DNA of 53,618 nucleotides from Candidatus Woesearchaeota archaeon. Its GTDB lineage: Archaea > Nanobdellota > Nanobdellia > Woesearchaeales > BS150m-G63. The stretch is taken from the NCBI GenBank assembly GCA_019322735.1, contig JAHWIG010000001.1:1-53618 (forward strand). The letters run 5' to 3'. Under the pieces are notes generated by a model. The model had not been told where the DNA came from, ran no database searches, and worked only from the letters and a program-made list of their open reading frames with translations. Shown piece by piece: positions 53,400 to 53,618 of the stretch (position 1 is the stretch's first letter; each line of letters begins with the position of its first letter). The position numbers were made by a program, and so were the translations under genes.

Positions 53400-53618
53400 A
53401 TGATAATAAATAAAACAAAAAAGACAATAATATCAAAAAAATATAAACAATGCAAAACTCTTTTATCAAAGACAATTGGATTAATGTTTTCCATTAAACC
53501 CAAAACTCTTTTATTTATCTGGAAACAAGAAAAAATAAGAAGTATTCACATGTTCTTTGTTTTCTTTCCAATTGATTGTATTTACTTAAACAAAGAAAAA
53601 AAAGTCATATCCCTAAAA
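53400..53618 (+). CDS. DUF192-family protein, 3' end cut by window edge
   Basis: Translated by hand as MIINKTKKTIISKKYKQCKTLLSKTIGLMFSIKPKTLLFIWKQEKIRSIHMFFVFFPIDCIYLNKEKKVISLK. The GLMF...HM.F..FPID pattern resembles DUF192. The frame is open to the window end. Confidence 0.55.
   Translation, partial: MIINKTKKTIISKKYKQCKTLLSKTIGLMFSIKPKTLLFIWKQEKIRSIHMFFVFFPIDCIYLNKEKKVISLK

Overview
This window is visibly AT-rich and very gene-dense, and it is archaeal. The archaeal markers are aRF1 with NIKS/GGQ motifs, aIF5A, eL43, eL40, RpoP, Pcc1, prefoldin beta, the RFC large subunit and BHB-type tRNA introns. The compaction and the many Cys-rich secreted proteins suggest a small-genome, DPANN-like organism, but that is inference only.

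About half of the window is translation and information-processing housekeeping:
- Six aminoacyl-tRNA synthetases: CysRS, ValRS, GlyRS, AspRS, AsnRS.
- Other enzymes: TGT, TrmJ-like and Trm11/14-like methyltransferases, DRG GTPase, an S2P protease, Pcm, AhcY, a PfkB kinase and a class I aldolase.
- Four tRNA genes that I found by hand: Cys-GCA with a 44-nt canonical intron, Phe-GAA, Ala-CGC, and Pro-UGG with a 114-nt intron in the T-loop.
- Two unlisted small ribosomal/RNAP genes: RpoP and eL40.

The rest is accessory cell-surface content:
- A 5'-truncated, membrane-anchored HerA/FtsK-like ATPase with a large ectodomain and a translationally coupled coiled-coil partner.
- A FlaI/FlaJ-like type IV pilus-type ATPase and platform pair, flanked by coiled-coil proteins and three tandem paralogous membrane proteins.
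- A three-member family of secreted proteins (LamG-like, dockerin-bearing, and a novel domain). They share a nearly identical ~70-nt 5' module whose GTG start sits inside an SD-like AGGTGAT.
- A surface Lon-like protease and a PLD-like lipoprotein.
- A 1617-aa Cys-rich, sequon-rich surface protein. Its N-terminus carries a type-1-copper (cupredoxin) ligand pattern, and it contains a perfect (CCTTCT)x8 microsatellite.

Other signals worth a second look:
- A ~66-nt promoter cassette duplicated in two divergent intergenic regions.
- A GTCTCA repeat and palindrome cluster in front of a small putative regulator.
- Bacterial-type AspRS (lacking the GAD insertion) and bacterial-type TGT in an archaeal context.
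- Near-universal overlap of convergent stop codons.

I saw no rRNA, CRISPR array, transposase, integrase or reverse transcriptase.
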